NCBI GenBank assembly: GCA_965204375.1
Contig: OZ241986.1
Span: 5,856,001-5,920,000 of the forward strand
DNA length: 64,000 bases
Direction of reading: 5' to 3'
Source of the DNA: Candidatus Latescibacterota bacterium
GTDB lineage: Bacteria > Latescibacterota > UBA2968
This document shows, one piece after another, positions 1 through 9,957 of the stretch. Under the pieces are notes generated by a model, which saw only the letters and a list, made by a program, of their open reading frames with translations, did no database searches and had not been told where the DNA came from. Position numbers and translations under genes: made by a program. Every line of letters starts with the position of its first letter. Positions within the stretch are counted from its first letter, which is position 1.

Positions 1-659
1 TCGGATTTGTTTTGCGATCCCCGATGCCACACTTGATTGTGGAACATGCACAGATCACCCGGGTCGGCAATCATGGATACGGGTCCCTGGCCATCGAACT
101 CGGGGGTTTCCGTTTTTTCTGGTCGCCTGCCCGCGTAATGGCTGCCGGGGACTACTTCTGTGACGCCGTATTCGATGGCGTCGGCTCGGCTCAGGGGGAA
201 TAATACGTTCAATACGAAGCACGGTAATAGGATTTTTTTGTTGTGCTGGGGTACATTGTCTGGTAATGGAAAGATCACGCGGTCATCCAGATGCCATCCG
301 CCACCTTGACCGGGTTCATAACGCAGGGCATTTTGCGACATCATGTGGCAATCATCACCCAGGATTGCCTCTGATAGGCTTACATAAGGCTCCCGCGCGA
401 TCAGGTCCCGGAAGTTGATGTCGTATTCGAACATTCGCATCATACTGATGCCCCGAATGTGGTCTCCTTCGGGTTCGTGCATTTTCGGGTCCTGATATTT
501 TCGCTCCATTGTCTCTCGCAATGTCAGTACTTCTTTCTCGGTTAATACGCCTTTTAAGAACAGATATCCATCTCGCTGAAATTGCGCGACCAGGTCCCGG
601 GTTTTGTCTGCGCCATAAGGTTTGGCGTTTTTGTCGATTACGCTGTTTGTGGTGTACAT
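1..659 (-). CDS. Phytanoyl-CoA dioxygenase (PhyH) family Fe(II)/2-oxoglutarate dioxygenase, 3' end beyond window
   Basis: Not in the ORF track. Manual translation from ATG 659 (GAGAGG RBS): MYTTNSVIDK...FQRDGYLFLKGVL...GWHLDD...TEVVPGSH...GDLCMFHNQVWHRGSQNKS, with HxD and distal His motifs. Confidence 0.85.
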   Translation of the reverse strand, partial: MYTTNSVIDKNAKPYGADKTRDLVAQFQRDGYLFLKGVLTEKEVLTLRETMERKYQDPKMHEPEGDHIRGISMMRMFEYDINFRDLIAREPYVSLSEAILGDDCHMMSQNALRYEPGQGGGWHLDDRVIFPLPDNVPQHNKKILLPCFVLNVLFPLSRADAIEYGVTEVVPGSHYAGRRPEKTETPEFDGQGPVSMIADPGDLCMFHNQVWHRGSQNKS

Positions 660-669
660 CGTTACCTCT

Positions 670-2133
670 CTATTTCATTAATCCCAATATATCCTCATAC
701 ACGGCAAGGCCACCAAAATAGGTAAAGGCGAGGCCCGATATTATATTGAGCGCAACGAGGAACCAGCCCATTTGCAATGGGGGTGGGACGTATTTGCGGT
801 CGATATAGATCATCGCAAAGCACCAGGGTCCAGCGAGGAGTACCCCGGTGATGTGTAGAGGGATTGTCATAATTGAAATTGGATTCCAACCTACGCCATT
901 TGGATCTTGTGTGGCTGTCCACCATGCGTATAGTACCAGTGCGCTTCCCGCAATTGCGGTGTATCCCAGCGTCCATTTTCGCACGTCGTTCAATGATAGG
1001 TCGCGCCATTTGGGGGTTATTGCGCGTATGCTTTCATGCGCGGTGCGGACGTATAGTTCATAAGCGCCGTACACGGTGCCAAAAATTGCGAAGAATACGC
1101 CGAGCTTATACAGTCCCGAGAGAAATGCTTTGACGCCCGCACTTTCGTGCAATGCCGTTAAAAATACGACCTGGTGGTTGTAGAGGTCCATACCGGATGG
1201 TACGATTTCCCGCGGATGCAAGAGGGCGGCACCCAGTATCAAAAAGGCTGCTGTGAATAATAACACGCTGGCAAAGGATACGAGTGTATCGACCAGCGGT
1301 GCTTTTAACCACGCTTTGCCCAATTCGAGATTTTCCTGAGTTTCCAGGATTGTTTCCTTCTCATTGCTGCGTCTGCCAATCATTCCCCACACCTTTTCGC
1401 GTAGCATGCCTACATATCCCACATAGTCCTGTACCCCGCCGCCGATTACGCCCATATACGCGACCATTTCGACGATCAATGTTCGGTCTGTAAATAGCGG
1501 ATTGCGCGATACCCATTCTGGATATACCGGGAATGTGGGTACTACTGCACCCATTAGCGCGGCGATCCAATCGGGGTTTGCCGCTACTGTCGCGATTAAC
1601 ATGACGAGCAACATTAATCCCACGAGTGAGGTTTGCGCTTTTTCCAACAGGCCGTAGCTCTGTTTCAGGGTTAGTAGAATTAAAAATGCGATAAATATCA
1701 GGGAGATTAAATGCGGATACCGCGCCGGGTCGTCAAATAATATCCACGACGATATCGTGCCGAGCATGATGGGTAAGCTCGATAAATAGAATGGAAAACT
1801 CACGACCATTACCACGCCTACAACCGCCGGGAATAATCCTCTCGGTCCGGGTAATTGCGCCCAGCGCTCCATTGGGTGCTCGCCGGTTAGTGTCATATAT
1901 CGCGCTGCGGAATACACTTGAACGACTTTTGTGATGCAAAATAGGCTGAATGCCCAGAACATCGCGTAGCCAAAGATCGCCCCGCTGCGCGATGCCCATA
2001 CGGTTTCTCCACTGCCGATGGTTACCGATGCGATAATTGCGCCTGGTCCAAAGAATTTTAAGAAGTCGCCGATCTTCCGCGAGCGCAATGCTGCTGCCAG
2101 TTCTGGAAATTCCAATTTTTGCGATTCTGCCAT
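670..2133 (-). CDS. Nramp-like/YcsG-type APC-superfamily membrane transporter
   Basis: GPGAIIASVTIGSGE N-terminal motif, about 11 hydrophobic segments. Confidence 0.75.
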   Translation of the reverse strand: MAESQKLEFPELAAALRSRKIGDFLKFFGPGAIIASVTIGSGETVWASRSGAIFGYAMFWAFSLFCITKVVQVYSAARYMTLTGEHPMERWAQLPGPRGLFPAVVGVVMVVSFPFYLSSLPIMLGTISSWILFDDPARYPHLISLIFIAFLILLTLKQSYGLLEKAQTSLVGLMLLVMLIATVAANPDWIAALMGAVVPTFPVYPEWVSRNPLFTDRTLIVEMVAYMGVIGGGVQDYVGYVGMLREKVWGMIGRRSNEKETILETQENLELGKAWLKAPLVDTLVSFASVLLFTAAFLILGAALLHPREIVPSGMDLYNHQVVFLTALHESAGVKAFLSGLYKLGVFFAIFGTVYGAYELYVRTAHESIRAITPKWRDLSLNDVRKWTLGYTAIAGSALVLYAWWTATQDPNGVGWNPISIMTIPLHITGVLLAGPWCFAMIYIDRKYVPPPLQMGWFLVALNIISGLAFTYFGGLAVYEDILGLMK

Positions 2134-2151
2134 GATTTCTCCTATCGAAAA

Positions 2152-2184
2152 CCCCAGTCCAACCGATCTTACGGAGGACTGGGG
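2152..2184 (-). terminator. Intergenic hairpin (possible terminator or RNA stabiliser)
   Basis: CCCCAGTCC...GGACTGGGG 9-bp inverted repeat just downstream of the cyclase gene. Confidence 0.45.
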
Positions 2185-2200
2185 ATTGGAAGGTGTGGCA

Positions 2201-3139
2201 CTATTTTACGGCTATTGGATTTCCCGGAGAACCCGTTCCGCCTTTCAGACGCAATGGCGAAAATACAAATGCAAATTCATATACCTGATCTTTTGCCAGT
2301 TCTTCCAGGTCCAGGTTTTCCAAGATGTAAATCCCGTGCTGGGCGATGAGCAACTGATGTACGGGAAAAGCCAGCGAGGCATCCTCGCCGGGTACGACTT
2401 CGAGGCCCCATGTATCGCCTGCGACCATTACAATTTTTTTATTTACGAGCCACTGGCCCACAGCCATTCCAATACCCGGCTGGCCTTTATTGAATGTTTC
2501 GTTGTCTTTCATCCACAAGGTGCCGTGTCCCGTGCGGAAGATTACTACATCGGCTTCCCCCACGGATACATTTTGTTTTTTGAGCGCTCCCTCGGTATCG
2601 GCCACTGTGATCACGTATCCGACTTCTAATCGCTCGACACCTTTGTATCCCGCCACGTCTATCAGTACGCCGCGCGTGAAAAATGACCCCGCCTTTTCTA
2701 CACCCAATTTTTCCAGGCCATAAGGTTTGCTGAAGTTCGAGCTTTTGAAGCCGTTGTAATACACATCCTCGTTTCCTACCCGCGTGCCAATATGCCCCAA
2801 TCCATCGAATTGTGTACCGATTTGACCGATTTCACCACTGAACATTTCATCGTACCATACGAGTTTGTTTTCTCCGAGCGGTCCACCACTTGGGTTGCCC
2901 ACGATTGTCAAACTGTAATGCCGGGATCCAAATAGCGGTATTCCGTGTTCATATACTTTTCCCAATTGGTAGATTTTGCCGGTTTTGATCAATTTGGTCG
3001 CTTCCAGGACTTTGGCAGGTGTCAGCCGGTTTGCGGCACCCCGTTCATCTTCGGGCCCCCACTCCGATGTCGATTGCTGGGCATATACTGGCACCAGTAT
3101 CAAATTGACCAGTAGTGCTATAAATAGTATGCGTTTCAC
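2201..3139 (-). CDS. Cyclase / kynurenine-formamidase-like metal-dependent hydrolase with signal peptide
   Basis: WGPEDERGAAN, GTQFDGLGH, PVHQLL..GIYILENL, GGTGSPGNPIAV motifs; GTG start at 3139 after GGAGGG. Confidence 0.85.
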   Translation of the reverse strand: MKRILFIALLVNLILVPVYAQQSTSEWGPEDERGAANRLTPAKVLEATKLIKTGKIYQLGKVYEHGIPLFGSRHYSLTIVGNPSGGPLGENKLVWYDEMFSGEIGQIGTQFDGLGHIGTRVGNEDVYYNGFKSSNFSKPYGLEKLGVEKAGSFFTRGVLIDVAGYKGVERLEVGYVITVADTEGALKKQNVSVGEADVVIFRTGHGTLWMKDNETFNKGQPGIGMAVGQWLVNKKIVMVAGDTWGLEVVPGEDASLAFPVHQLLIAQHGIYILENLDLEELAKDQVYEFAFVFSPLRLKGGTGSPGNPIAVK

Positions 3140-3173
3140 GATTTCCCTCCTTTGAAAAGATGATATGTAGCGA

Positions 3174-4055
3174 TCAGCGATCAGCCTGTTTTTCATATAG
3201 CGCGATGCTTACCTGTGTGCCAGGGAATAGTGCAGATGGGTACACCCACATGTCGTCTTCTCGAATGTACACCCGTTCATCTCCCGAGCGAATGTGTAAA
3301 CGTCCGCTGTTTTCCTGGCAGATTTGTTTCACAATGTATAGGCCCAGTCCCCGCGTATTGCCCCGCGAGACGGTCTTTTGTATCGCCATTTTTATTGCCT
3401 GTCCGTGCGACCAGTGCGCTGTATCGTGTCCCGTTGACAGGCTCTCGCGAATGCCAATGCCCAGGTCGCATACGCCGATGATCGCAAATTTTCTGTTCAA
3501 TCTGTGATTGGTATAGCGCTGTGCGACCACAAATCCTTTATCTCCGCTGTGGTCCAGGATATTGTGACACAATTCGGCTACGACATTTTTAAATCCCGTA
3601 ATTTCCCGCACGGTATAGTGCAGTTCTTCACTCAAGATGGCGCCGACCCGCGATTCGATTACGCTCAGAACTTGCTCGATATCGCTTCGCTGCTCGATGG
3701 TCGTTATTTCCAGCAGACTTTCGTTGTGTGTTCGCGACTGTCCCGTTTGCGGTCCGCGCGCCACTGTTACATAAGTCTTCAGTGCGTCAAATACTTTCAT
3801 GCGGGTCAAATAGCGCTCGACGTCTGTGTTTTCGGGCAGTCGGCATGTAATATCCCAGTATTTGGCACTCAGGTGCCGGCCAATTAAACACAACATCCCC
3901 ATGCCATAGGGATCGACAAAACCCAATTGCGACAGGTCCAGAACGATATTGTCTTCATCTCGCTGCGACGAGAATGTTTTGAGATCGCGCAGCACGTTGT
4001 CACAGGAAACAGCAGATAAATTCTGTTCCGCTATCTCCAGCGTGTTGTTATTCAT
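3174..4055 (-). CDS. STAS-like + GHKL/HATPase domain ATP-binding protein
   Basis: LDLSQLGFVDPYGM (STAS-like), ELCHNILDHS (N box), DLGIGI (G1), GLGL (G2), PGTQV. Confidence 0.75.
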   Translation of the reverse strand: MNNNTLEIAEQNLSAVSCDNVLRDLKTFSSQRDEDNIVLDLSQLGFVDPYGMGMLCLIGRHLSAKYWDITCRLPENTDVERYLTRMKVFDALKTYVTVARGPQTGQSRTHNESLLEITTIEQRSDIEQVLSVIESRVGAILSEELHYTVREITGFKNVVAELCHNILDHSGDKGFVVAQRYTNHRLNRKFAIIGVCDLGIGIRESLSTGHDTAHWSHGQAIKMAIQKTVSRGNTRGLGLYIVKQICQENSGRLHIRSGDERVYIREDDMWVYPSALFPGTQVSIALYEKQADR

Positions 4056-4063
4056 GTGATCGT

Positions 4064-6499
4064 TTAGTTGCGCACGCGGAATATGGCTCGGCGTTTGACA
4101 TTTTTCTTTTCGTGCAAATCCGTTACTGCGACTTCGAGTTTATAGACACCGCGCGGCATTTTGGACAGGTCGATTTCCAGAAAGGTGAAGTCGTCGGATT
4201 GATCGCCGGCATATACCGAACTGATCGATGTGCGGCTTTGCTGACCGGCTCGGCGCAGTTCTTCGAGGGATTCGGCCATCAGGTTGCGTTCGGCCGGCAT
4301 GTATTGCACTTCAAAATCTACGGGTTTGGGTTTGAGATTTTCTTCACCGCCAGCCATGGCATCGCGCGGCAGGGCTTCTTCATCTGTCATGGCGTCTTCG
4401 ACAACTCTGCCATCTGTGCCGTCGAGCGCGCTGCCTTCGGCGAGTCTCTCATTGCTGGCGCGAATATCTTCTTCTCCCGCTTGCGCCAATTCTTCAGCGG
4501 TTGGCACAATGAGCAATCCGCCGACCTTTTTGAGGGCTACGGCGCCAAACATCGCGGGATTGACTTCTTCTCGCTCGGGCACGCTGATGGTGTAGGTGAT
4601 TTCATATTGGGTGCGCCCAAATTCATCTTTTTTCAGGTTGTAAATTTCCAGATAGACATAGGCCGATTGCCCGGTGCGATACGCGCGGAGAGGATTGGGT
4701 GCAATGCGCAGGTCGGTTCGCTTTTCGGGAAGGGGATTGATCATTTCAATTTTCTGGGCGAGTAACAGGTCACTCATGTCCAGACTTGATTCAGATACGG
4801 TCAAGAGGCGTTCTGTGCGAAATGTGCCGATGGTGCCGCTGAGCCTATCTCCCACTTCGACCACGATATTATAAGTGCCTTGGGGAAGTTCCATGGCGCG
4901 CTGGCTCAATAAATACTGCGGTGCATTGCCATTTTCGGGTTTCTTTTGTCCAAGAGGTCGGATATTGCGGTAGATATCTTGCCACCGGTAATCGAACATA
5001 AACAACCCATCGTCCATGACGATCATCTCATCTTTATTTGCTTTCAATTTGTCCGTGGGAATGGCATAAGCTATTTCCATGCGCATATCTTTTCCTGAGC
5101 CTGCGCGGAAGGCGGTGATCTGGTGTGGCATGGAGTATTTCCTGTTCTGGAATGGATCGACAAAACGCGCTTCTTTTTTCTTAAATGCCGCGCGATTTTG
5201 TATTTCAAAATACCCTTCGCGCATCCTGTCGCTCGCCCATCGCGGGTTAGTAGATCTTCTGAAGAGCGTTTCCGATACCTGCCTTGAATCCACATTGCGA
5301 GTTCTCAGGGCGTTGGGGTCCCTGCCTGTGATATCGACCGTGCTGCTCGGTCCCACTTCGCCTGCAAATCCCCAACCGTCAACGCCATTCACACTTTGAA
5401 AGACGAATCTGTAACCCCCGTAATACCAGGTTTCCTTGAACATGGGATATACGCCCGTTGTCCGTTGTTGATATTTTCCGTATTTGATATAGGTTTGTCC
5501 GCGAATGGTCTTCCACCCTTCGATGTTCCGCGCGGGTACGCTAAAGCGCAAATTGGCATACGCCACGCGACCGTAGTGCTCCATCCGCCGCTCGTTGTGA
5601 TTGGTCAAAAATAGCGGATCGTTCTTGTTCCAGAAGTGCGTCAATGCCGCAGAATCCTTCCATTCACCATCGTCGCCGACTTGCATGGCTTTGGAAATGC
5701 GCGCACTGTCTTCTTTTGATGCGATGAGATCCACAGATTCCATCATTTTGCGCTGTTCGGGTCCCATTTCCGCAATGGCCTTTTCATACAATTTGTTCGC
5801 CTCTAAGAGATTGCCCTGAAGTTGATGCGAATAGGCAAAAAACAACTGCGCGTTGATGTCGTCAGGGAATCTCCGCATCATCCGTCGCATCACCCGTTGC
5901 ATGCCGGGAATTCTTCTGTGTTCCAGATGCGCCAATCCCAACAGATAATAGGCGTCCTGATAGTCTGGATCGATCTCCAGACTTTTTTCTAACAGCATCA
6001 CGGCCTGGTCGTATTCGTTCTTGGCAAAGGTCCGAATGGCTCGCCGCTGCGGTATTACCCGGTCGCGCGTGATCATGTATTCGCCGAATATATGGCGGCC
6101 AGCATCGTAGGCTGCAACCGCTGTGTTGGGGAATTTTTCTATGATTTTTTCATAGTGCGCCTTGGCCTCGCGCTGAAAGCCCCTGTTCCACAATGCCTCG
6201 CCGTGCAAGAGTTGATATTGCAAATTCTCCGGTTCATTCCGAATCGCTTTTTCGCTGGCTTCTACTGCGCGACGTCGAAACTCGGGCGTGTCCAGGCGAA
6301 TGTAGAGGCGGGTCAGTTGTGCGAGTGAAGGGGCGTGTTTGCCGTTTTTCTTGAGCACTTGCTTGAATTCTTCCACGCTTTCTTTGGGTTCAATCTCGTT
6401 CATGCGGGCGAGGGCAGCGTGGTAGAGCGAATCTACTTCGCTGGTCCAGGCCGGTGCTGTGATCAGGCAAGTGAGGATTAAAAGCGAGAGGGCTTTCAT
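4064..6499 (-). CDS. Secreted TPR + GWxTD-domain protein (paralog A)
   Basis: Signal peptide, TPR helices, FWNKNDP...NERRMEHYGRVAYANLRF...GWKTIRGQTYIKYG, C-terminal Ig-like strands. Confidence 0.8.
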   Translation of the reverse strand: MKALSLLILTCLITAPAWTSEVDSLYHAALARMNEIEPKESVEEFKQVLKKNGKHAPSLAQLTRLYIRLDTPEFRRRAVEASEKAIRNEPENLQYQLLHGEALWNRGFQREAKAHYEKIIEKFPNTAVAAYDAGRHIFGEYMITRDRVIPQRRAIRTFAKNEYDQAVMLLEKSLEIDPDYQDAYYLLGLAHLEHRRIPGMQRVMRRMMRRFPDDINAQLFFAYSHQLQGNLLEANKLYEKAIAEMGPEQRKMMESVDLIASKEDSARISKAMQVGDDGEWKDSAALTHFWNKNDPLFLTNHNERRMEHYGRVAYANLRFSVPARNIEGWKTIRGQTYIKYGKYQQRTTGVYPMFKETWYYGGYRFVFQSVNGVDGWGFAGEVGPSSTVDITGRDPNALRTRNVDSRQVSETLFRRSTNPRWASDRMREGYFEIQNRAAFKKKEARFVDPFQNRKYSMPHQITAFRAGSGKDMRMEIAYAIPTDKLKANKDEMIVMDDGLFMFDYRWQDIYRNIRPLGQKKPENGNAPQYLLSQRAMELPQGTYNIVVEVGDRLSGTIGTFRTERLLTVSESSLDMSDLLLAQKIEMINPLPEKRTDLRIAPNPLRAYRTGQSAYVYLEIYNLKKDEFGRTQYEITYTISVPEREEVNPAMFGAVALKKVGGLLIVPTAEELAQAGEEDIRASNERLAEGSALDGTDGRVVEDAMTDEEALPRDAMAGGEENLKPKPVDFEVQYMPAERNLMAESLEELRRAGQQSRTSISSVYAGDQSDDFTFLEIDLSKMPRGVYKLEVAVTDLHEKKNVKRRAIFRVRN

Positions 6500-6528
6500 G
6501 GTAATCTCCGTATGAAGGATTCTTTTGC

Positions 6529-8847
6529 TTATTCGCGAACTCGGAACACGGCGTTGCGCTTTACTTGTTTTTTCTCCTTCAAATCCGTTACCGCGACTTC
6601 GAGTTTGTAAATGCCACGCGGCATCGTAGAGAGGTCGATTTCCAGGAAGGTGAAGTCGTCGGATTTATTGCCGGCATATACTGAAGTGACCGATGTGCTG
6701 CTCTGCTGTCCGGCTCGGCGCAGTTCTTCGAGGGATTCGGCCATCTGATTGCGTTCGGCAAGCACGTATCGGACTCTCAAATTTGCGCGCTTTTTGCGCG
6801 TTTGTGCATTTCCACTGGCGGGTTTTTCATTGTCCGAGCGTTCTCTGGCCGATTGCCCAGGCGGCGACACAATGAGCAATCCGTCCAGCTCTGTAAGGTC
6901 TATGGCACCGAACATCGAGGGATCTACTTCCCCTTTCTCAGGTACGCTGATGCTATATACAATCTGGTATTGGGTGCGTCCAAATTCGTCTTTTTTCAGG
7001 TTGTAAATTTCCAGATAGACATAGGCCGATTGTCCAGTGCGATACGCGCGGAGCGGATTGGGTGCAATGCGCAGGTCTGTTCGCTTTTCGGGGAAGGGAT
7101 TGATCATTTCAATTTTCTGGGCGAGTAACAGGTCACTCATGTCCAGACTTGATTCAGATACGGTCAAGAGGCGTTCTGTGCGAAATGTGCCGATGGAGCC
7201 GCTGATTCTGTCGCCTACTTCGACCACGATATTATACATGCCCTGGGGAAGTTCCAGGGGACGTTGGCTTAACAGATACTGCTGTGCATTTTTCCCCGAT
7301 GGTCGTTTCTGTCCAAGCGGTCGGACTTTGCGGTAGATATCTCGCCACCGGTAATCGAACATAAATAGCCCGTCGTCCATGACGATCATCTGGTCGTCGT
7401 TTGCTTTTAGTTTGTTCGTGGGAATGGCATAAGCGATTTCCATGCGCATATTTTTGCCTGCGCGGAAGGCGGTGATCTGGTACGGCAGGGTGTATTTCCG
7501 ACTGTGGAATGGATCGACAAATCGCGCTTCCACTTTCTTAAATGCCGCCCGATTTTGTATGTCGTAATACTCGTCCAGGATTCGTTTACTCCTCGGTATC
7601 GAACTTCTCGCCCTCGAACTCGAACTTCCCAACCTCCTCGAGCTTCTCCCGAACGAGCCCCTTCTGGCTGCTTGCGTCACATCGACCGTGCTGCTCGGTC
7701 CTACTTCGCCTGCAAATCCCCAACCGTCAACGCCATTCACACTTTGAAAGACGAAATGGTATCCGTCGTAGTACCACGTTTCCTTAAACATGGGGTACAC
7801 GCCCGTTGTTCGCCGCTGATATTTTCCGTATTTGATATAGGTTTGGCCGCGAATGGTTTTCCATCCTTCGATGTTTCTGGCAGGCACGCTAAAGCGCAGA
7901 TTTGCATAGGCCACGCGACCGTAGTGCTCCATCCTTCGCTCGTTGTGATTGGTCAAAAATAGCGGATCGTTCTTGTTCCAGAATTCCTTCAATGCCGCAG
8001 AATCCTTCCACTCGCCATCGTCGCCGACTTGCAGGGCTTTTGCGATGCGCGCGCTGTCTTCTTTTGATGCGATGATATCTACCGATTCCATCATTTTGCG
8101 CTGTTCGGGATCCATTTCTGCAATGGCTTTTTCATATAATTTGTTCGCTTCTGGAAGATTGCCCTGAAGCTGGTGCGAGTAGGCCAGGAACAATTGCGCG
8201 TTGATGTCGCCAGGGAATCTTCGCATCATCCGCCGCATCACCCGTTGCATGCCGGGAATTCTTCTGTGTTCCAGATGCGCCAGTCCCAATAGATAATAGG
8301 AGTCCTGATAGTCCGGATCGATCTCCAGGCTCTTTTCTAACAGCATCACAGCCTGGTCGTATTCGTTCTTGGCAAAGGTCCGAATCGCACCTCGCCGCTG
8401 AATGATCCGATCTCTCGTGATCATGTATTCGCCGAATACATGACGACCAGCATCATAGGCTGCTACGGCTGCATTGGGAAATTTTTTAATGACTTTTTCG
8501 TAATGCGCCTTGGCCTCGCGCTGAAAGCCCCTGTTCCACAATGCCTCGCCGTGCAAGAGTTGATATTGCAAATTTTCCGGTTCATTCCGAATCGCTTTTT
8601 CGCTGGCTTCTACTGCGCGACGTCGAAACTCGGGCGTGTCCAGGCGAATGTAGAGGCGGGTCAGTTGTGCAAGTGCCGAGGCGTGTTTGCCGTTTTTCTT
8701 GAGCACTTGCTTGAATTCTTCTACGCTTTCTTTGGGTTCAATCTCGTTCATGCGGGCGAGGGCAGCGTGGTAGAGCGAATCTACTTCGCTGGTCCAGGCC
8801 GGTGCTGTGATCAGGCAGGTGAGGATCAAAAGTACGAGGGTTTTCAT
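6529..8847 (-). CDS. Secreted TPR + GWxTD-domain protein (paralog B)
   Basis: Near-identical to 4064..6499 over long stretches; start MKTLVLLIL at 8847 matches paralog A start. Confidence 0.8.
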   Translation of the reverse strand: MKTLVLLILTCLITAPAWTSEVDSLYHAALARMNEIEPKESVEEFKQVLKKNGKHASALAQLTRLYIRLDTPEFRRRAVEASEKAIRNEPENLQYQLLHGEALWNRGFQREAKAHYEKVIKKFPNAAVAAYDAGRHVFGEYMITRDRIIQRRGAIRTFAKNEYDQAVMLLEKSLEIDPDYQDSYYLLGLAHLEHRRIPGMQRVMRRMMRRFPGDINAQLFLAYSHQLQGNLPEANKLYEKAIAEMDPEQRKMMESVDIIASKEDSARIAKALQVGDDGEWKDSAALKEFWNKNDPLFLTNHNERRMEHYGRVAYANLRFSVPARNIEGWKTIRGQTYIKYGKYQRRTTGVYPMFKETWYYDGYHFVFQSVNGVDGWGFAGEVGPSSTVDVTQAARRGSFGRSSRRLGSSSSRARSSIPRSKRILDEYYDIQNRAAFKKVEARFVDPFHSRKYTLPYQITAFRAGKNMRMEIAYAIPTNKLKANDDQMIVMDDGLFMFDYRWRDIYRKVRPLGQKRPSGKNAQQYLLSQRPLELPQGMYNIVVEVGDRISGSIGTFRTERLLTVSESSLDMSDLLLAQKIEMINPFPEKRTDLRIAPNPLRAYRTGQSAYVYLEIYNLKKDEFGRTQYQIVYSISVPEKGEVDPSMFGAIDLTELDGLLIVSPPGQSARERSDNEKPASGNAQTRKKRANLRVRYVLAERNQMAESLEELRRAGQQSSTSVTSVYAGNKSDDFTFLEIDLSTMPRGIYKLEVAVTDLKEKKQVKRNAVFRVRE

Positions 8848-8881
8848 GGGGAGGCTCCTTGCGATGGACGATGGTAGGGTC

Positions 8882-9955
8882 TTAAAATCTATAAAATGCC
8901 TTTGCATTTTCGTACAGAATTTTTCCCAGTAATGCATCCGATAAGCCTTTGGGAATTGCGTCAATTGGCTCGTCGAAATGCCAATGTGGATAGTCTGTGG
9001 AAAACATCAGCATGTCATCCGATTCCAGATGGTCCATAACTTGCAATAGATATTCGGCTTCGGGCGGGGCGTCCATGGGCTGTAGTGTCATCCGAATGTG
9101 TTCGCGGATATATTCCGACGGTGGGCGTTTGACCCATGGGATATCGCGTCGCAAGCCCTTCCATTCCTTATCTATGCGCCACATCAGTGCGGGCATCCAT
9201 GTCCAGCCGCCTTCGATGAGTGCCACGCGCAATTCGGGGAACCGATCAAACGCGCCTTCTACCACCAGGCTCATGACCTGAGACTGAAATATTTGCGCCA
9301 TGTCGGCCATTTCTTCGGCATAGGTCAAAGGCCACCCAACGGGCGTGGGCGGCAAGCTCGAGGCACCGCCGTAGTGTATCCCGATGGCGAGGTCGCGTTT
9401 TACGGCTGCTTCAAATAATGGGTCGTACAAGCTCTTGCCATAAGGTTGATATGATCTGACCGGTACAATGACCTGAACAAAGCCCGGATGGTCGCCGAAT
9501 CGCTCGATTTCGCGTGCGGCGAGTACCGGGTTTTGGCTGGGCACTACGAGGGATGCGCGCAGTCGGTTGTCTTTGTTTAACCACGCGTCGATTTGCCACT
9601 GGTTGATCGCGGTAGCAAGCGATGCGGACAGGTTTTCGTTGTGTACGCTTTGCACGCGGTAAGCACAGGTTAAGATCCCAATTTCGACATCCCATGCGTC
9701 CAGTGTCTGCTTTTTTAGCAATTCAAAATCAGATCCCGGTGGACCATTTTTCGGCTTTGTGCCTTTTCGCGCAGATGTGGGTGCTCGCGCGGGATAATCA
9801 TTCGCGTTGGGTCCCACAAATGCCGATTCGTTGATGTACGCAACCCAGTGTTCTTCCAGATATGGAATCAGGGTGTCCAAACCGGGCAGTTCGTTGTGAA
9901 TATCGCAATCGATGATGGGATGATAAAAGGGATTGTCTGGTGTATTGCGCGGCAT
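8882..9955 (-). CDS. Amidohydrolase family 2 metal-dependent hydrolase/decarboxylase
   Basis: IIDCDIH, IGIHYGG, LIEGG, FSTDYPHW, ENAKAFY. Confidence 0.85.
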   Translation of the reverse strand: MPRNTPDNPFYHPIIDCDIHNELPGLDTLIPYLEEHWVAYINESAFVGPNANDYPARAPTSARKGTKPKNGPPGSDFELLKKQTLDAWDVEIGILTCAYRVQSVHNENLSASLATAINQWQIDAWLNKDNRLRASLVVPSQNPVLAAREIERFGDHPGFVQVIVPVRSYQPYGKSLYDPLFEAAVKRDLAIGIHYGGASSLPPTPVGWPLTYAEEMADMAQIFQSQVMSLVVEGAFDRFPELRVALIEGGWTWMPALMWRIDKEWKGLRRDIPWVKRPPSEYIREHIRMTLQPMDAPPEAEYLLQVMDHLESDDMLMFSTDYPHWHFDEPIDAIPKGLSDALLGKILYENAKAFYRF

Positions 9956-9957
9956 GG

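Noticed and set aside
8848-8964. N-terminal extension making paralog B 811 aa like paralog A
   Set aside because: Overlaps the amidohydrolase 3' end; the signal peptide begins at 8847, so equal length is coincidental
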